DNA of 60,820 nt. Source: Nemertoderma westbladi. Its lineage: Eukaryota > Animalia > Xenacoelomorpha. The stretch covers positions 1 through 60,820 of the forward strand of contig JAUCBJ010000506.1 of the NCBI GenBank assembly GCA_032718475.1. Reading direction: 5' to 3'. Shown here in pieces: positions 34,398-46,929 of the stretch. The notes beneath the pieces were generated by a model. That model worked only from the letters and a program-made list of their open reading frames with translations. It did not search any database and was not told the DNA's origin. The position numbers and the translations under genes were made by a program. Numbering within the stretch: the stretch's first letter is position 1; each line of letters begins with the position of its first letter.

Positions 34398-35658
34398 TGT
34401 AAAAGCTTCTGTGGGATATAACTGGCCCTTTTGCTTTGCAATCCAGTTTCCCCCCAGGCACTGGAATACTCTAAAAAGCTCTCTAACTATATATATATCC
34501 CCCTCGCCCGCAAGGTACCGTTATAGGTGTTTTAACGGACATAAACGTCATTCTTCTATATGTGTGCTTTGGCGGCCCCGGCCATGGTAAGGCAAAAAAC
34601 CCGCAATGCACCAAATACCCTGGCACAGCTTAGCCTTGATGATTCAGATTACGACATCTAACAGCTGGTTGCTGACATGGAAACGGCCATTGGACACATG
34701 GTTCTTTGTTTAGCTTAAGCCAATCAGAGCGATTTTTTCTGTCGATGTGGAGATATTTAGCAGATCGTGCTAGTAGTGTTGAGTCTTACTGTTTTTTCTT
34801 GATACTGTTGTGTTGTTTGTATCTAGGCCAGGAACACCGGCTCTAGAGTCAACTCGTTTTCATACTTTAGAAGAAACATTAGTAGGCTTAAATTATAGAG
34901 CGTATAACTGTTATCAGTGCATAACAATCAACTTATCTCAATTCAGTCTTACATTATCGGTTCAACATACATTATTATACTGCTGTTTACTGTTGTGTTT
35001 TGGTTGAATATTATTTGGAGAACATCTATAAAGAACCCAAATTTCCCAATTTTCTTAATACACTACAGGTTAGAGAGACGGGTTATATATAGCAATTGCG
35101 ACTTATATTATTGTGGTTTGTAGTGAATTTAATGCTATTTGATAAGCACTACATGAGTCCGTTGCTGTTCCCTTTATATATGATAAAATTCATTGACGGT
35201 CGGCAAATTAGTGAGCAGTATTGTGTGTTACCGGTAGTGTGCCTGATTGTGACTGATAACTAAGCATTTCCTAAAGAATGCGCCTCATACGTGAATCATA
35301 AGCCTTACAGACTTGCCGTTGTGATTAGTATAAGTCATATCTCTGTTTACCTAGATAGAGCGCCACGTCCTAAAGGAACTGTTAATATTTCCCGAAAGTG
35401 AATAATATTAGTCAGAAATTATTTATTAACGATCAATCGAATAATACAGTAAGCTTACACTGCAATAATAATCTAAGCCCTCAGAATCCAGTCTCCCGGG
35501 TATATCCAGCGGGTGAATGGACGCGCACTAGGCTGGCTTCTGCTAATGTTGTGTTTATTGGTATTAAATATTTGTCAACTTCTAAAGTCTATTTATAAAC
35601 CAAAAGACATATAAATTTTGGCAGGTTAAACTGCTAAAGGTCTTCAAAAGCGCGTACA
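34398..35658 (+). repeat. 3' LTR (1261 bp)
   Basis: Differs from the 5' LTR at four visible sites: a 2-nt change, a 6-bp insertion, one substitution and one short replacement (-4 bp). Confidence 0.97.
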
Positions 35659-36036
35659 CTGCCAGTAGCAGTAATGGTGTAGTAACATAACTGCATAATG
35701 AAAGAATAGGTTAAAACAGTCAGTCAGTGTCAATTTAACTGAAAACACACCTATTTAAGGGAGTAAACGTTACGCCTACACTTACAGACTTCTCACGCCT
35801 ATACTTACATCTTAATTAAACTTGCATCTTAATCTTATACTGTTAAAGCCAGTAAGCTGTAGCCTACATCATTACAGCGATCTGGCAATGCAGTACACAG
35901 TCAGGCAGTACAGAAGTATGCCTACGTCATTACAGCAATACGGTATGCTTACTGGCTTAGCAGTAATTTGCATGTCAGCAGGTTGTTACAGTATATGCTA
36001 AATAATACCTTTCTGCATGGCAGCATGTGGGTGGGG

Positions 36037-36442
36037 CCTAGTTGGAATACTTATCGGATTCGCGCCTAAAAGTTATAAATTCGTGCCGCACTTTCATAAA
36101 ATTCCCCCTGCACTCGTTATATTTTTATATTTGTGTAACCTGTAGGCCTACTGCCAGTGGATGGTATTTTTACAATAGAAAAAAAACACGAGCGAAGCGA
36201 GCGTAATTTTTCAAACTGATAATTCTTGGATCAACTTTTGTGTCTGTGTTCAGAGTTCAGGTTTTCAAAAGTTTTCAACAGTTTTCAAAAATTCGCGCCA
36301 TGCACTGCTGCAGCTGCACTGGCAGACTGGGGGGCAGCTGGATTTTCAAAAAATTGCGCCGTACACGTGTTGGCTCTCCCGCCAACGTTATCAAAATCGC
36401 GCCATAGATTGAATAGCGCGATCTGCACAAATTCCAACTAGG
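36037..36442. mobile_element. MITE with CCTAGTTGGAAT terminal inverted repeats
   Basis: CCTAGTTGGAAT at 36037 and ATTCCAACTAGG ending at 36442; homologous to 14836-15213. Confidence 0.65.
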
Positions 36443-36919
36443 AGGTAGGGTAGGCTTCAAATTTTGTACTTTTGTCAGCCACAATATTTTTCAGTGGAAG
36501 CTGGCAGCTGGATTTATGAAAATGTAGCAGCAGAGAATTCCCTCCCACCCCCCAAAAAAATTACCCTCTGGTTAAAATTCTCTAGTGTAATTTCACCCCC
36601 CAGTTAGAATTCAATTAACCGGGGGTGAACCTACACTGGGTGTTGGGTGATTTTTTAGTGAAATTTAACCCCATCTGTGTATTCTTACCCCCAGTGATAT
36701 TTTAAATTTCAATATTAATTTAAATTTGATATAAGCCTACAGTTAAGCGAACAGACGACCACAGATACCTCTAGTAGACAGACAAACACGCGCTGGAGAT
36801 TTGTATATAGTAAAGTACTGTAGAAGATGCAAGTCTGCATCAATCACCTACATCACCCTGGGTCTATAGCAATAGTGTTAACCGAAATTCTGTCCATCTT
36901 CAGGATTTTATCTCTGGAA

Positions 36920-39346
36920 ATGTATTGTTTTCGGCTGGAACCCAGTTCAAGAAGCGAACTGGAAAGCTATGGACTCATAGTGGACCCAGTGGTCACAAGT
37001 CCCAGATAGACCATATTCTGTTTCGTAGGAAATACAGGAGCTCTATGCAAGACTGTAATGCATTTACACTTCGACCCTTCTCCAGTGATCACTGCCTTAT
37101 TGTGGCCTAGGTAAGACTTAGTCTGCGTGCTAGCAGAACAACGAAATCTGTCTTGCCACGGCATGACTGGTCTTCTCTGTTGCAACAGCCACGTGTGAGA
37201 TCCAGCTTCACACTACAGCTGAGCAACAGGTATGAGGCTCTTGCCTCTGAGGCGGCAGATCAGTGTGAGGGCTATACTGCCTTTACAGAAGCAGTTAAGT
37301 TAGCAGCTGCAGAAACAATTCCTGTATACCCTCAAAACAGGAAAAGGGCCCCCTGGACTGACAACAAAATTCAGAAGTACCGAAATGACCTTCATAAGGC
37401 ACAGAAAGAGTCCCGACTCAAACAGACTACATCGGCCAAGAATGCAGTTAAGGCTGCATCTAGATCCCTGAACAGGCAGTACTCTGTTAATCTACAGGAG
37501 CTAATAAACCAACAGGTTGATGCCATCAATGATGCTGACGACAGCAGGCAATCATCCCAGGCATGGAAATCGATCAACTTGCTTACTGGGCGGAAAAGCC
37601 AACCAACCACCAAGGTTAAGGCTGAATCACCAGCCGATGGCCTCAATGGTTGGAAAGCCCACTTTGAAAAGCTCCTCAATAATGACAGGGTATTGCCTGA
37701 TAACTTTATAGAAGTAAAAGTGTCTGAGTCTGTACTCCCAGATATTCCCATTGGCGATATCTCCTTTGCAGAAGTGAAGGCTGCTGCAAAGAGCATTAAG
37801 ACCAATCGTGCCAGTGGAGTAGATGGTGTTCCCCCTGAGGTCTTTAAAATACCTGAGTGTTTAAAGCTCATCTATCCCATCATAGTAGACATGTACCGAA
37901 CAACAAGAGTCCCACAAGAAATGAAAACAAATAAGTTGGTGCCAGTTCCCAAGAAGGGCAACCTAACACTCTATGGTTCTTTTCGGGGAATCTCATTGAT
38001 CTCGATTGCTGCAAAGCTATACAATAGAACTCTATTAAAATCGCATCAGGGATCCCATTGAGAGACTTCTCCGTGGAAATCAGAATGGGTTCTGTAAAGG
38101 TCATGGGACCATGGAGCCCATTTTGGCACGTAGAAGGATAAGTAATTAGAAGAAAGACAAGCATCTGGCTGTTATCTTTGTTGACTTCTTCAAGGCCTTT
38201 GATTCAGACTCTCGCTCACGTATGTTCATCATACTTTCATTATATGGGATTCCTGATTAAATTATTGCAGCAATCAGATAAGTATACGATGGTTCGACAA
38301 CATTTGTGTCTACTGTTGACGGTGACACAGAACCATTTGAAGTGTTATGGGGCGTCCTCCAGGGAGACACACTTGCACCATTCTTGTTCATAATTGTTGT
38401 TGACTATGTTCTACGCATGTCCTTAGATCATCATAATGATGATGGGGTGATGATAACTCCACCTACTGGCTCCAGAAGTCGAGGAAATCCTGCCAAGTCC
38501 CTAACTGATCTAGACTTTGCTGATGACTTTGGAGTACTCTCAGAATCACTAGAGGGAGCCCAGCGGCTCCTCAGCTCATTAGAACATGCTGCTTCTAGTG
38601 TCGGTCTTTTTATTAACTCCAGAAAGACCAACATTTTGACAGTTAACTTTGAAAGTCCTCAGCAAGTCTCTGATCGGATGAGCATAAGCTCAAAGGATGG
38701 TTTGCTTGAGCATGTGGACGACTTCTGTTACCTGGGATCATGGATCCGGAAGTCAGGTGAGGACCTTCGAATACGTAAGGGAAAGGAATGGGCAGCCTTG
38801 AATAGGCTTTCCAGGATTTGGAAGTCACCGAGAATTAATCGGAAACTTAAGGTCCGATTATTTAGAGCAGCAGTAGTTCCAGTACTCCTCTACGGGAGTC
38901 CATGCTGGGCTCTAACTGCCGAGGACACCAAATCTCTGGATGGCACATTCACAAGAATGCTACGCCGGGTTCATTGTGTCAAGTACAATGCACACATCTC
39001 CAACCAGACACTATATAACATTGGAGGTGTCTCATTGGTTCCCCCAAGCTTGACACTAGAACAAAATCGCCTCCGCTTTGCAGGACATTGCTTTCGCCGT
39101 GAGGACCAGCCAGTGCATAATCTTGTACTTTGGCAGCCTCATGGAGTGAATAAGCATGGTGGACAGCCCATGACTTTCTTAAGACGCATCTTAAAGGACA
39201 CTGGATTTGAAGCAAATGTCATGGGTGATGAGTTGTGGTGGTTCAATTTTGCAATGCAGCATGCCGATCCTAGTAGTAGTACGGACTATTTATGCAATAT
39301 AGTCACTTCAAAGGGAAAAATCATGGCAGCAAATATAAGTTTATAG
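36920..39346 (+). mobile_element. Decayed RTE-clade LINE (APE C-terminus + RT), with stops and frameshifts
   Basis: LWTH...SQIDHIL...SDH; LSNRYEAL; VPKKGNL...FRGISL; GVLQGDTLAPFLF; LDFADD; FCYLGS; VLLYGS..W; LRFAGHC. Confidence 0.92.
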
Positions 39347-41024
39347 CAAGCAAAAATTTGCCCCTATAGGCCTACTATTGTCTCTCAATCATTTTTTATT
39401 TATTTCTATCTATTATCTATATCTATATCTATTTATTTTTCATTTTTTTATTCGAGACCACATTTTTTAAACCAGCATGTGCATTTTCATCATATTTTCA
39501 TTTTCGGCCATTTTAAGTTTGTTTTAATTTTCTATATCTGATAATTGGCAATTTTGTAAAAAAAAATAGAAATAGAAAAAAAGTGAAAAATCCCATGTTT
39601 TTTTCTAACTTATAATTGGAAAATATGGGGAAATATTTTGTAATCAAGAAAACTGGCCGAAATTTATTTAAGCTTATGAAATTGCCTTTCAAATAAATAA
39701 AAAATTACAAAAAACGATAGTATTTTTCGTGTGAAAAAATGTCATTCAGAGATAATTGCTTTCAAAGTTCAAACCATCCCGCATAAAATTGCCTGTATGG
39801 GGTCTGGTTGGTTAATAATAAATTAAATAGTTGGAAGGAGGCATAGCATACCACGACCACCGAGCTAAAATGATATTTACAGGGGTTTTCGGGGTCGCTG
39901 ATTTAATTTCAGATGTCTGTTTTAATATTTGGTGGAATCTAGTCTGCCTGTCGGGCGGTTGTCTGTCTTACATTTTGACAGACAGATTGTCAGACAGATA
40001 TTCCACGATGTACGATAACTCGGTGAACTAAAAGGGGTCTCTCTAAGCGGTTTTCGGGTCTGCAATCCCCATTAAATTCTGGAGAAGTAGATGCAAAAAA
40101 ATATGAAATTGTATTGGGGGGGGGGGGGGGGGGGGGGTATTTATTACTATTTATAATAACAGTATTTATTATATAAATATTTAATTAAATATTTATTAAA
40201 TTGTTACGATTCTTAAAATTAAATTTTTTCAAAAATACTACCACTACTTGGCTACGTCACGTTTAGGCAACTCAAATTCGTGTTGTGGCAACTGAACAAT
40301 TACGTATCACCAAGTGCTATAGTTGTGTTTCGGCAACTCGTAGTTGCATTTCGGCGAACTGAAGTTGCGATTCGGCAACTAGGTATCGTATCTGTATCTG
40401 TAATGTATCTGTGACTGCACTCATTATATATATTATTAATATTAATTAATAATAATTAATAATAATTATGTATATTAATTATTATGTAAGTGTATTTTTA
40501 GTAATTACAGGTAGGCCCTAGGTAGGTATATTAATGTCATGTAGTATTATATAATTGTGTATCAATGTGTAACAGGCAGTTGACTTGACTTGTAGTTAAT
40601 TTAAATAAGTGTGGTAGGATGGCAAAAGGCAACTAAATAGCAGGATGTTACAACCATTTACTAATAATGTTGACTTACCAAGAAAGTATGCTATCTTGTA
40701 GTTAGTTAAATGTTGGGCACATTCAATCATTGAACTATCATCAGTGCAATTTATATCCATTAAATTATTATTATACCCGATATTATAAAAAATTTAAATA
40801 TATATATATAAGATAATAAATATTATTTTATACAGGACTTCAGATGAACAAGACAAACGACTTGAAGAATAAAAATGTGAAGATGCGAAAAAAAACGATG
40901 GGAATCTAACCTGTGTCTATAGATAATTGAATTTGTGGATGAAGTGCAAAAGTCTAAAAAGTTTATTAAATAAATTGGAGTTGTGCTGTTAATGCAACTG
41001 CAATTAATGATGTAATATAATGGT

Positions 41025-41566
41025 TTTTATTCTTAAATTGTTACTTTTTCGCTCGAATTTACCACAAAATCTGGAGAAAAAGTTGCACTTTTTTCCTCTA
41101 GGAAAAAAGTTACCCATAGGATTGCATTGATTTTAATTTTTTTCCCGATGGAAAAATTAAAATAAAATATTTTAGGTGGAATTTCTTAAATTTTATTAAA
41201 TCTGTTGAAAGAGCATCGACGTAAGAAAAGGTTTACACGTAATTTGAGTAAAATCCATTCACATACTCAAAAAAGTTATTGCAAATTTAGTGTCTGCGCG
41301 GCGTACTTCAAAACGGAACTCAATATCCAATATTGGTTTATGTTGTTAAGCGGCTCTGTAGTTACATAATAAATATTCGAGAACACTAAATTATTTAACA
41401 TTGAGTAAGACAGCATCAGGAGTTGATGAGTACAGTAATTTGAATTGCATTAACTATGGAAGCAATACATTAAAATACTATAGTTCAATTTATATTGTAA
41501 CACTATATCGCTGTACGTTTATGTTGAAGAATTAAGCAACAAAAAAGTACCAATTTAAGAATAAAA
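41025..41566. mobile_element. ~540-bp MITE with 25-bp TIRs
   Basis: TTTTATTCTTAAATTGTTACTTTTT and AAAAAGTACCAATTTAAGAATAAAA; the same terminus recurs at about 54833 and 60283. Confidence 0.6.
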
Positions 41567-41720
41567 TTACGTATTACATGGGAAGATAAACGTAGAACAA
41601 TTTTATTTCAATATTCTCTCGACCCTTTATTAACCTCGCTGACGCTTGGTAAATAATAAACGCTTCACTAAGGAATAGTGAAAAAAAGTTCTACTTTTTT
41701 ACCCATGTAATAAGTAATTA
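41565..41720. mobile_element. Small palindromic MITE
   Basis: AATTACGTATTACATGGG...CCCATGTAATAAGTAATT arms, with further inner pairing (GTAGAAC/GTTCTAC). Confidence 0.65.
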
Positions 41721-42060
41721 TTGTTCAGAAAAAGGGAAAAATACGTCACCGGGGGTTGAACCAGGATAAGTTTCGGCCTATCAGGCCTTATCAGTAGTGC
41801 TAATCAGTTCAGCCACTTGAACCTGACAATTGCTCTCCCACCTAATCTACTTCTATTGAATACGCAGTCTTAATTTGCATATATCCTATCTCTAACAGCG
41901 GAGCCTACGGGCTCAAGTATGTTTGAGTGAAACAGGAGGGAAGTACAAATAAATAAATATTGAGCTCGAGTATTGATGCCACGTGATATTACTTAAATAA
42001 ATAGGAGTTGAGCTGTTAATGCAACTGTGATTAATGATGTAATATAATGGTTTTTGTTCA
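41721..42060 (-). mobile_element. Inverted, decayed copy of the tRNA-box/hammerhead element
   Basis: Reverse complement aligns with 42085-42435; core CTGATAA-GGCC-TGATA-GGCC-GAAAC, with stem III and the stem I 3' strand deleted. Confidence 0.85.
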
Positions 42061-42447
42061 GCTTTCTCATTTTTTTCCATTTTCTGTACAAAAACCATTA
42101 TATTATACATCATTAATCACAGTTGCATTAACAGCTCAACTCCAATTTATTTAATTAATATCACCTGGCAGCAATACTCGAGCTGAATATTTATTTATTT
42201 GTACTTCAGCTCCTGTTTCACTCAAACATACTTGAGGCCGGTAGGTCCGCCGTTAGAGATAGGATGCAACTGCCCGTTCAATAGAATGGGATTAGGTGGG
42301 TGTGTGAGTGTCAGGGGCTAGTGGCTGAGCTGGTTAGCGCTACTGATGAGGCCTGTTACGCCGAAACGTACGTATAGCGCTGGTTCAACCCCCGGTGACG
42401 TGCTTTCTCATTTTTTTCCCCATTTTCTGAACAAAAACCATTATATT
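42061..42447 (+). mobile_element. ~340-bp non-autonomous retroelement (SINE/retrozyme-like) with a terminal direct repeat, tRNA-like A/B boxes and a hammerhead ribozyme
   Basis: 42061-42103 is repeated at 42402-42447; A box GTGGCTGAGCTGG (42321-42333); B box GGTTCAACCCC (42382-42392); T7 run at 42411-42417. Confidence 0.8.
42336..42381 (+). ncRNA. Minimal type I hammerhead ribozyme
   Basis: Stem I AGCGCTA/TAGCGCT; core CTGATGA (42343-42349); stem II GGC/GCC; GAAA (42363-42366); short stem III with palindromic ACGTACGT; cleavage triplet GTA ending at 42374. Confidence 0.9.
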
Positions 42448-42933
42448 GCTTCATAAAAACTTAATCACTATACTCATGCTCAATGTCCATATTTTATAAT
42501 TAGACTCTCTTATTTTAAATCTCAAACCTGTTATTGTTATATAATTATTTGTGAATGACATCCTGTTAAATGTTTTCTTGAATTCCAATAATAAATTGCA
42601 AATGTAATATAAATTTATATAAATACGATAATAGTTGTCAATTAAGTTCACTTATATATATTTTACTATATTATTATACAACTGCTACTAGGTGAAGCAT
42701 GCTCAGACTGGAAATTAGATCCTTCCCGGCTTCCCGATTCTCCATAGTTGTCGCAATTTCGATTCTCCTAAGTCCTGTAGGCCTATCCCTTTCAAGTTGG
42801 TCTACTATATGCTATAGCCAATAGTTCACGGCAATGCCTTGTGTTGGTTTCCCAGATAAGTAGATCTGGTATGACATTGTTTTAACTCGCCAGCAGTGCC
42901 CACTGAATTGCAATCTGCGTTAATGAAGAGTGG

Positions 42934-44901
42934 TTGATACATAAAATTGCTTCAAAGATATCGCCAACATTAAACCTTCAGGTTAAGATGGAAAGGTTAC
43001 AGGAAGAAGTTGAAAATGATATTTTAGCTGACCAAACAAAGTACGAGATGCAGCTAGCGGACACCCGTTCAATGAAACATCTCTTCAAATATTTCAAAAG
43101 CCTACGGAGGTCTTGTTCACTGCCACCAGTAGTACAATACGAGAATCGTACGGCATCCACTCATGAGGATCAGGCTAATCTATTTAACGAGTTCTTCCAT
43201 TCCGTTTTTAAATCCCCGCGAATACCTACTAGCGATATAAAACCACCATTTAACGACACAAACTCTGAAAGCTTGAACACGACACACGACTACGACGTGT
43301 CAGTTGACACAGTGGAGAATATACTTACGTCTCTAGATGCTACGAAATCTCGTGGACCAGACAATATTCCACCTTCATTATTTAAATCCCTCGCAAAAGT
43401 ACTAGCACCCTCAATGTCATTCCTATTCGGGAGGCTGAAAAAAAAAAACCACTTCCCCGTAGCATGGAAGCATGCACTAATAAATCCTCAACATAAAAAA
43501 GGTAGTAGAATCAAGGTAATCTTATACCGGCCAATATCTCTCTTAGCGATTCCTGGAAAAGTATTTGAGCGTTGCATCTTTATCCCCATCTACGAACAAG
43601 TACGTAGTAGGTTACACGACGCACAACATGGATTTAGGAAGTCAAGATCAACGATCACACAATTACTTACATTTCTAGACAATGTCTACAAGGGTACGGA
43701 TAATGGCCAATTGACAGTAGAAGTAATATACTTAGATTTCCAGAAAGCGTTCGACTCTGTCAGCCACGAATCCGTTCTGCGAAAATTATGGATAATGGGG
43801 GTCCGCGGAAATCTCTGGTATATCCTCCGGAGCTACCTAGCAGGAAGAACACAGTCAGTAAAAGTCGGAAACGCGAAGTCAACTCCCCGATCTGTCGACA
43901 GTGGCATGGCTCAGGGGTCCCTATTGGGACCACTATTCTTTGTTGTTGAGAGCAATGATCTCCCAGAAGTTTGTCATGTCAGCATACCATTTCTCCTCGC
44001 AGACGATTGCAAATTATTATCAGTATCACATGTCGATTCCATCATCAACACACAATTAGATATTGACCGACTTGTGACATGGGGTCTCGAGGCTGGACTA
44101 GATTTTAATGAACCGAAATGCAAGCAAATAGTCTTCAAAGGCGACATAGAAGCTCGGTCATTGTACTCAAGGACTATATCTCGAGTCGATACAGAGAAGG
44201 ATTTAGGAATAACCATAACATCAAATTTATCATGGACCGCCCACATTAAGGACAAATGCAGTAAAGCAAATAGAACATTATACCTGATCCGAAGAAGCAG
44301 TTCTAGCTAAACCTCTATATCCAAGCTAAACCTCTATAAATCCATGGTATTGCCAATCTTAACCTATGGGTCGCCTTGTTGGTTTGCCAACAAGACGGAC
44401 GCACACAAACTTGAGTCCATCCAGCGGAGAGCAACAATCTGGATTATTGGTAATGACGATCACACCTACAAGGAGAGACTCATAATATTAAACATTCTAC
44501 CGATCTCATTATACTTACAATTATCCGACCAACTAACCTTGTCAAAGATAATAAATAATAAATACGACATTGACTGGTCGCCACATCTAAAGATGAAGCA
44601 AACAAACCTCAGAAGAAACACTCGTAGCGCTAACCGACCCTCGTTTGATCTCACACACCCCCTAAAGTGCATATCAAAGCAAAATTTCTGGTTTCGCGCA
44701 CCACAATTGGCAAATCAGCTTCCCCTTCAGACAGAGTATTTTAATCACGTTGGTTTAAAGGTGCGCCTATTGAATCTGTTCTGGGCCCACTTTCACCAAC
44801 ATTACGATGTTGACATCACTTGCAGTTGGAAAATTAACTGTGACTGTACACAGATGAACTGCAACCTCCGAATATTGAACCTTAACAACTTACTCACTTG
44901 A
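42934..44901 (+). mobile_element. 5'-truncated CR1-group LINE ORF2 (RT), split by an in-frame TAA at 44308-44310
   Basis: KSRGPDNIP, YRPISLL, QHGFR, YLDFQKAFDSVSH, QGSLLGPL, LADD, EKDLGI; then YKSMVLPILTYGSPCW, LESIQRRAT, YKERL in the same frame. Confidence 0.92.
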
Positions 44902-44919
44902 TTTTATTACTTGCTAAAA

Positions 44920-45172
44920 TATTTATATTTTTATCACCTGCTGTACCTTCTGTTGATGTATATATATTTTCATCACTTGCTCTGTTGCTGTATTTATAAT
45001 TTTATCACTTGCTGTATATATACCTGCTGTTGCTGTATATATATTTTTATCACTTGCTGTATATATATTTTTATCACTTGCTGTATATATATTTTTATCA
45101 CTTGCTGTATATATATTTTTATCACTTGCTGTATATATATTTTTATCACTTGCTGTATACATATATTTTTTA
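44920..45172. repeat. 24-bp tandem repeat immediately 3' of the CR1-group LINE
   Basis: Unit ATATATATTTTTATCACTTGCTGT. Confidence 0.9.
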
Positions 45173-45397
45173 TTTACCAATTTCAGTACGTACATTGCAC
45201 AACATATGAACAAACAGGATTAAACATAAATATATTTTAATTTTCTCGGATAACGAATACTGGATTGTCTTTATTTTAATAGTGCTACTCAGTCTAAATT
45301 GTATATTTTTGTTAGTCTCCATGAATTACGTTTTTATTTCAGGGGGCGACCCCTACACTATGTGTAAATCCTTAATAATAATAATAATAATAATAAT

Positions 45398-46836
45398 ACA
45401 TCCATAACACCAGAGAGATTTAACCGTAGAGGTTTCCTAGTTTGCCCTTGAAAAATTAGTTCAGCTAACTCTTTGTCAATAAAGGAAAGAGAGCTACCAC
45501 TATCTAATAGAGCATTTACAGTCACTAGTCCTCTTGTTCCCCTAATTCTAACCTGCAGAATTGGAAACTCTCTTATACGATCTTGATTCTTTGAAACTGC
45601 TGGATGAATCTTAGTATCCTCCTCATAGGTCAATGCTTTATATACATATCGAGAATCGCAAGTTTCTTCATCAGTAAATTCATTTTCCTCAAATTCATCA
45701 GTATCTATAATATCACTATTGTTAACTGTTTCTTCTACTAGTTCGCATATTTTATGAACCCTATCAAGTGATGGGGGTGTTTTGTCGACATGAAGCAAAA
45801 GATTATGAGTACCCTTACATTTGAAACATCGTAAAGAAGATCTGCAGTCTAAACGAAGATGTCCCGGTCACAAACATATGAAACATAAATGATTCTTACG
45901 AAGGAATTCTCGCCTAGTTGCAATAGAGTCATTTTTGAAAACGTCACACAGGGTTATCCTATGCCCTCCTTTCTTGCATCTAATACAAGGTTCTTTGCTC
46001 ATTTTTATGTTATCACCAATGGAGTTAAGACAAGAACCTTCTAGAGTTCCACCATCTATGACATCAGTCAACACTATATGCTTCAGCCAAGTAATTTGCA
46101 ATTGCAATATTGATTGGTTTTGATTTATTTTCTATAGATAAATCACGTTGAGGTTTCTTAAAAGGAAACTTTGCTTGACCCTTTGAAGGTTTGCTATAAA
46201 GATTTTGTACACGTCCACCTGCGTCATCTTCTGTTTCACCTTCCTCATGTATATCATTTAATTGCATAATATTGTGAGATCGTCTCTTATCTCTATCCTT
46301 CCCAACAGAATGTCTGTCAGCAACCTTATCCTTTCCCATTGAATGTTTGTCTGAAGACCGTTCACGCTCTCTCTTAATAAAGGTTAAGTCAGTTTCCTTC
46401 TGAAGAAATTCGAGAAATTCCTCCATCACTGGTTCACGTCTATGTTTATCACGTGTATAAAGTACAATTTTGTCCCAACGATAACCTATACCTCCTGTGG
46501 GCAGTGCTGCTGAAACCATTCTCACAACCATTGGATTATTATAGGTATCAGATTTCCTCAACCAATCCAACTGGCGACATATGGTTCTCAGTTCATCAGC
46601 ATATGCAATTAAATTATCTGTTGTAACCTTACGATGAACTGTCAACTTATCAAAAATCCTCGATGCCAAAGTTGTTTCATTACCATATCTTCTCTTTAGA
46701 ATGTCCCATGCATTATCTATACCATTTGGCATACCCCTAAACCCTTCTGCTAATTTCTTTGGCTCACCATCCAAGCTATCTATAAGAAGCTTCAACCTTT
46801 CATTGGCTGGAAGAAGACTGTCCTTAATAGAAGTTT
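45398..46836 (-). pseudogene. Decayed gag-protease fragment of a second, related BEL/Pao family
   Basis: Shares LDGEPK, CRQLDWL, LPTGG..RWDK.VLY, Cys knuckles and IREFP..QVR..G...VNALLDSGS..FID.ELAE.IF.GQ with the full element; contains stops. Confidence 0.9.
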
Positions 46837-46929
46837 CACTAGTTAGAAGACTGTGGCTGCGGTATAGAATAACCTCAATAAAATTAATGCGGTCAATACG
46901 AACCTCTTTCCCGTGCTCTTTGTTTGCAC

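Larger units (their letters stand above)
19690..35658 (+). mobile_element. Full-length BEL/Pao LTR retrotransposon (15,969 bp)
   Basis: Two TG...CA LTRs; 5-bp TSD CTGCC (19685-19689 and 35659-35663); PPT before the 3' LTR; BEL-type domain order gag-PR-RT-RH-IN. Confidence 0.97.

Noticed and set aside
40116-40138. Poly-G run as a functional G-quadruplex
   Set aside because: Simple homopolymer within repeat debris; its length is unreliable and there is no supporting context.
42314-42400. Genuine tRNA gene
   Set aside because: No anticodon arm (replaced by the hammerhead), imperfect acceptor and T stems, and it lies inside a repeated unit.
44911-45240. Cys/Ile/Tyr-rich ORFs on both strands
   Set aside because: Translations of the 24-bp tandem repeat.
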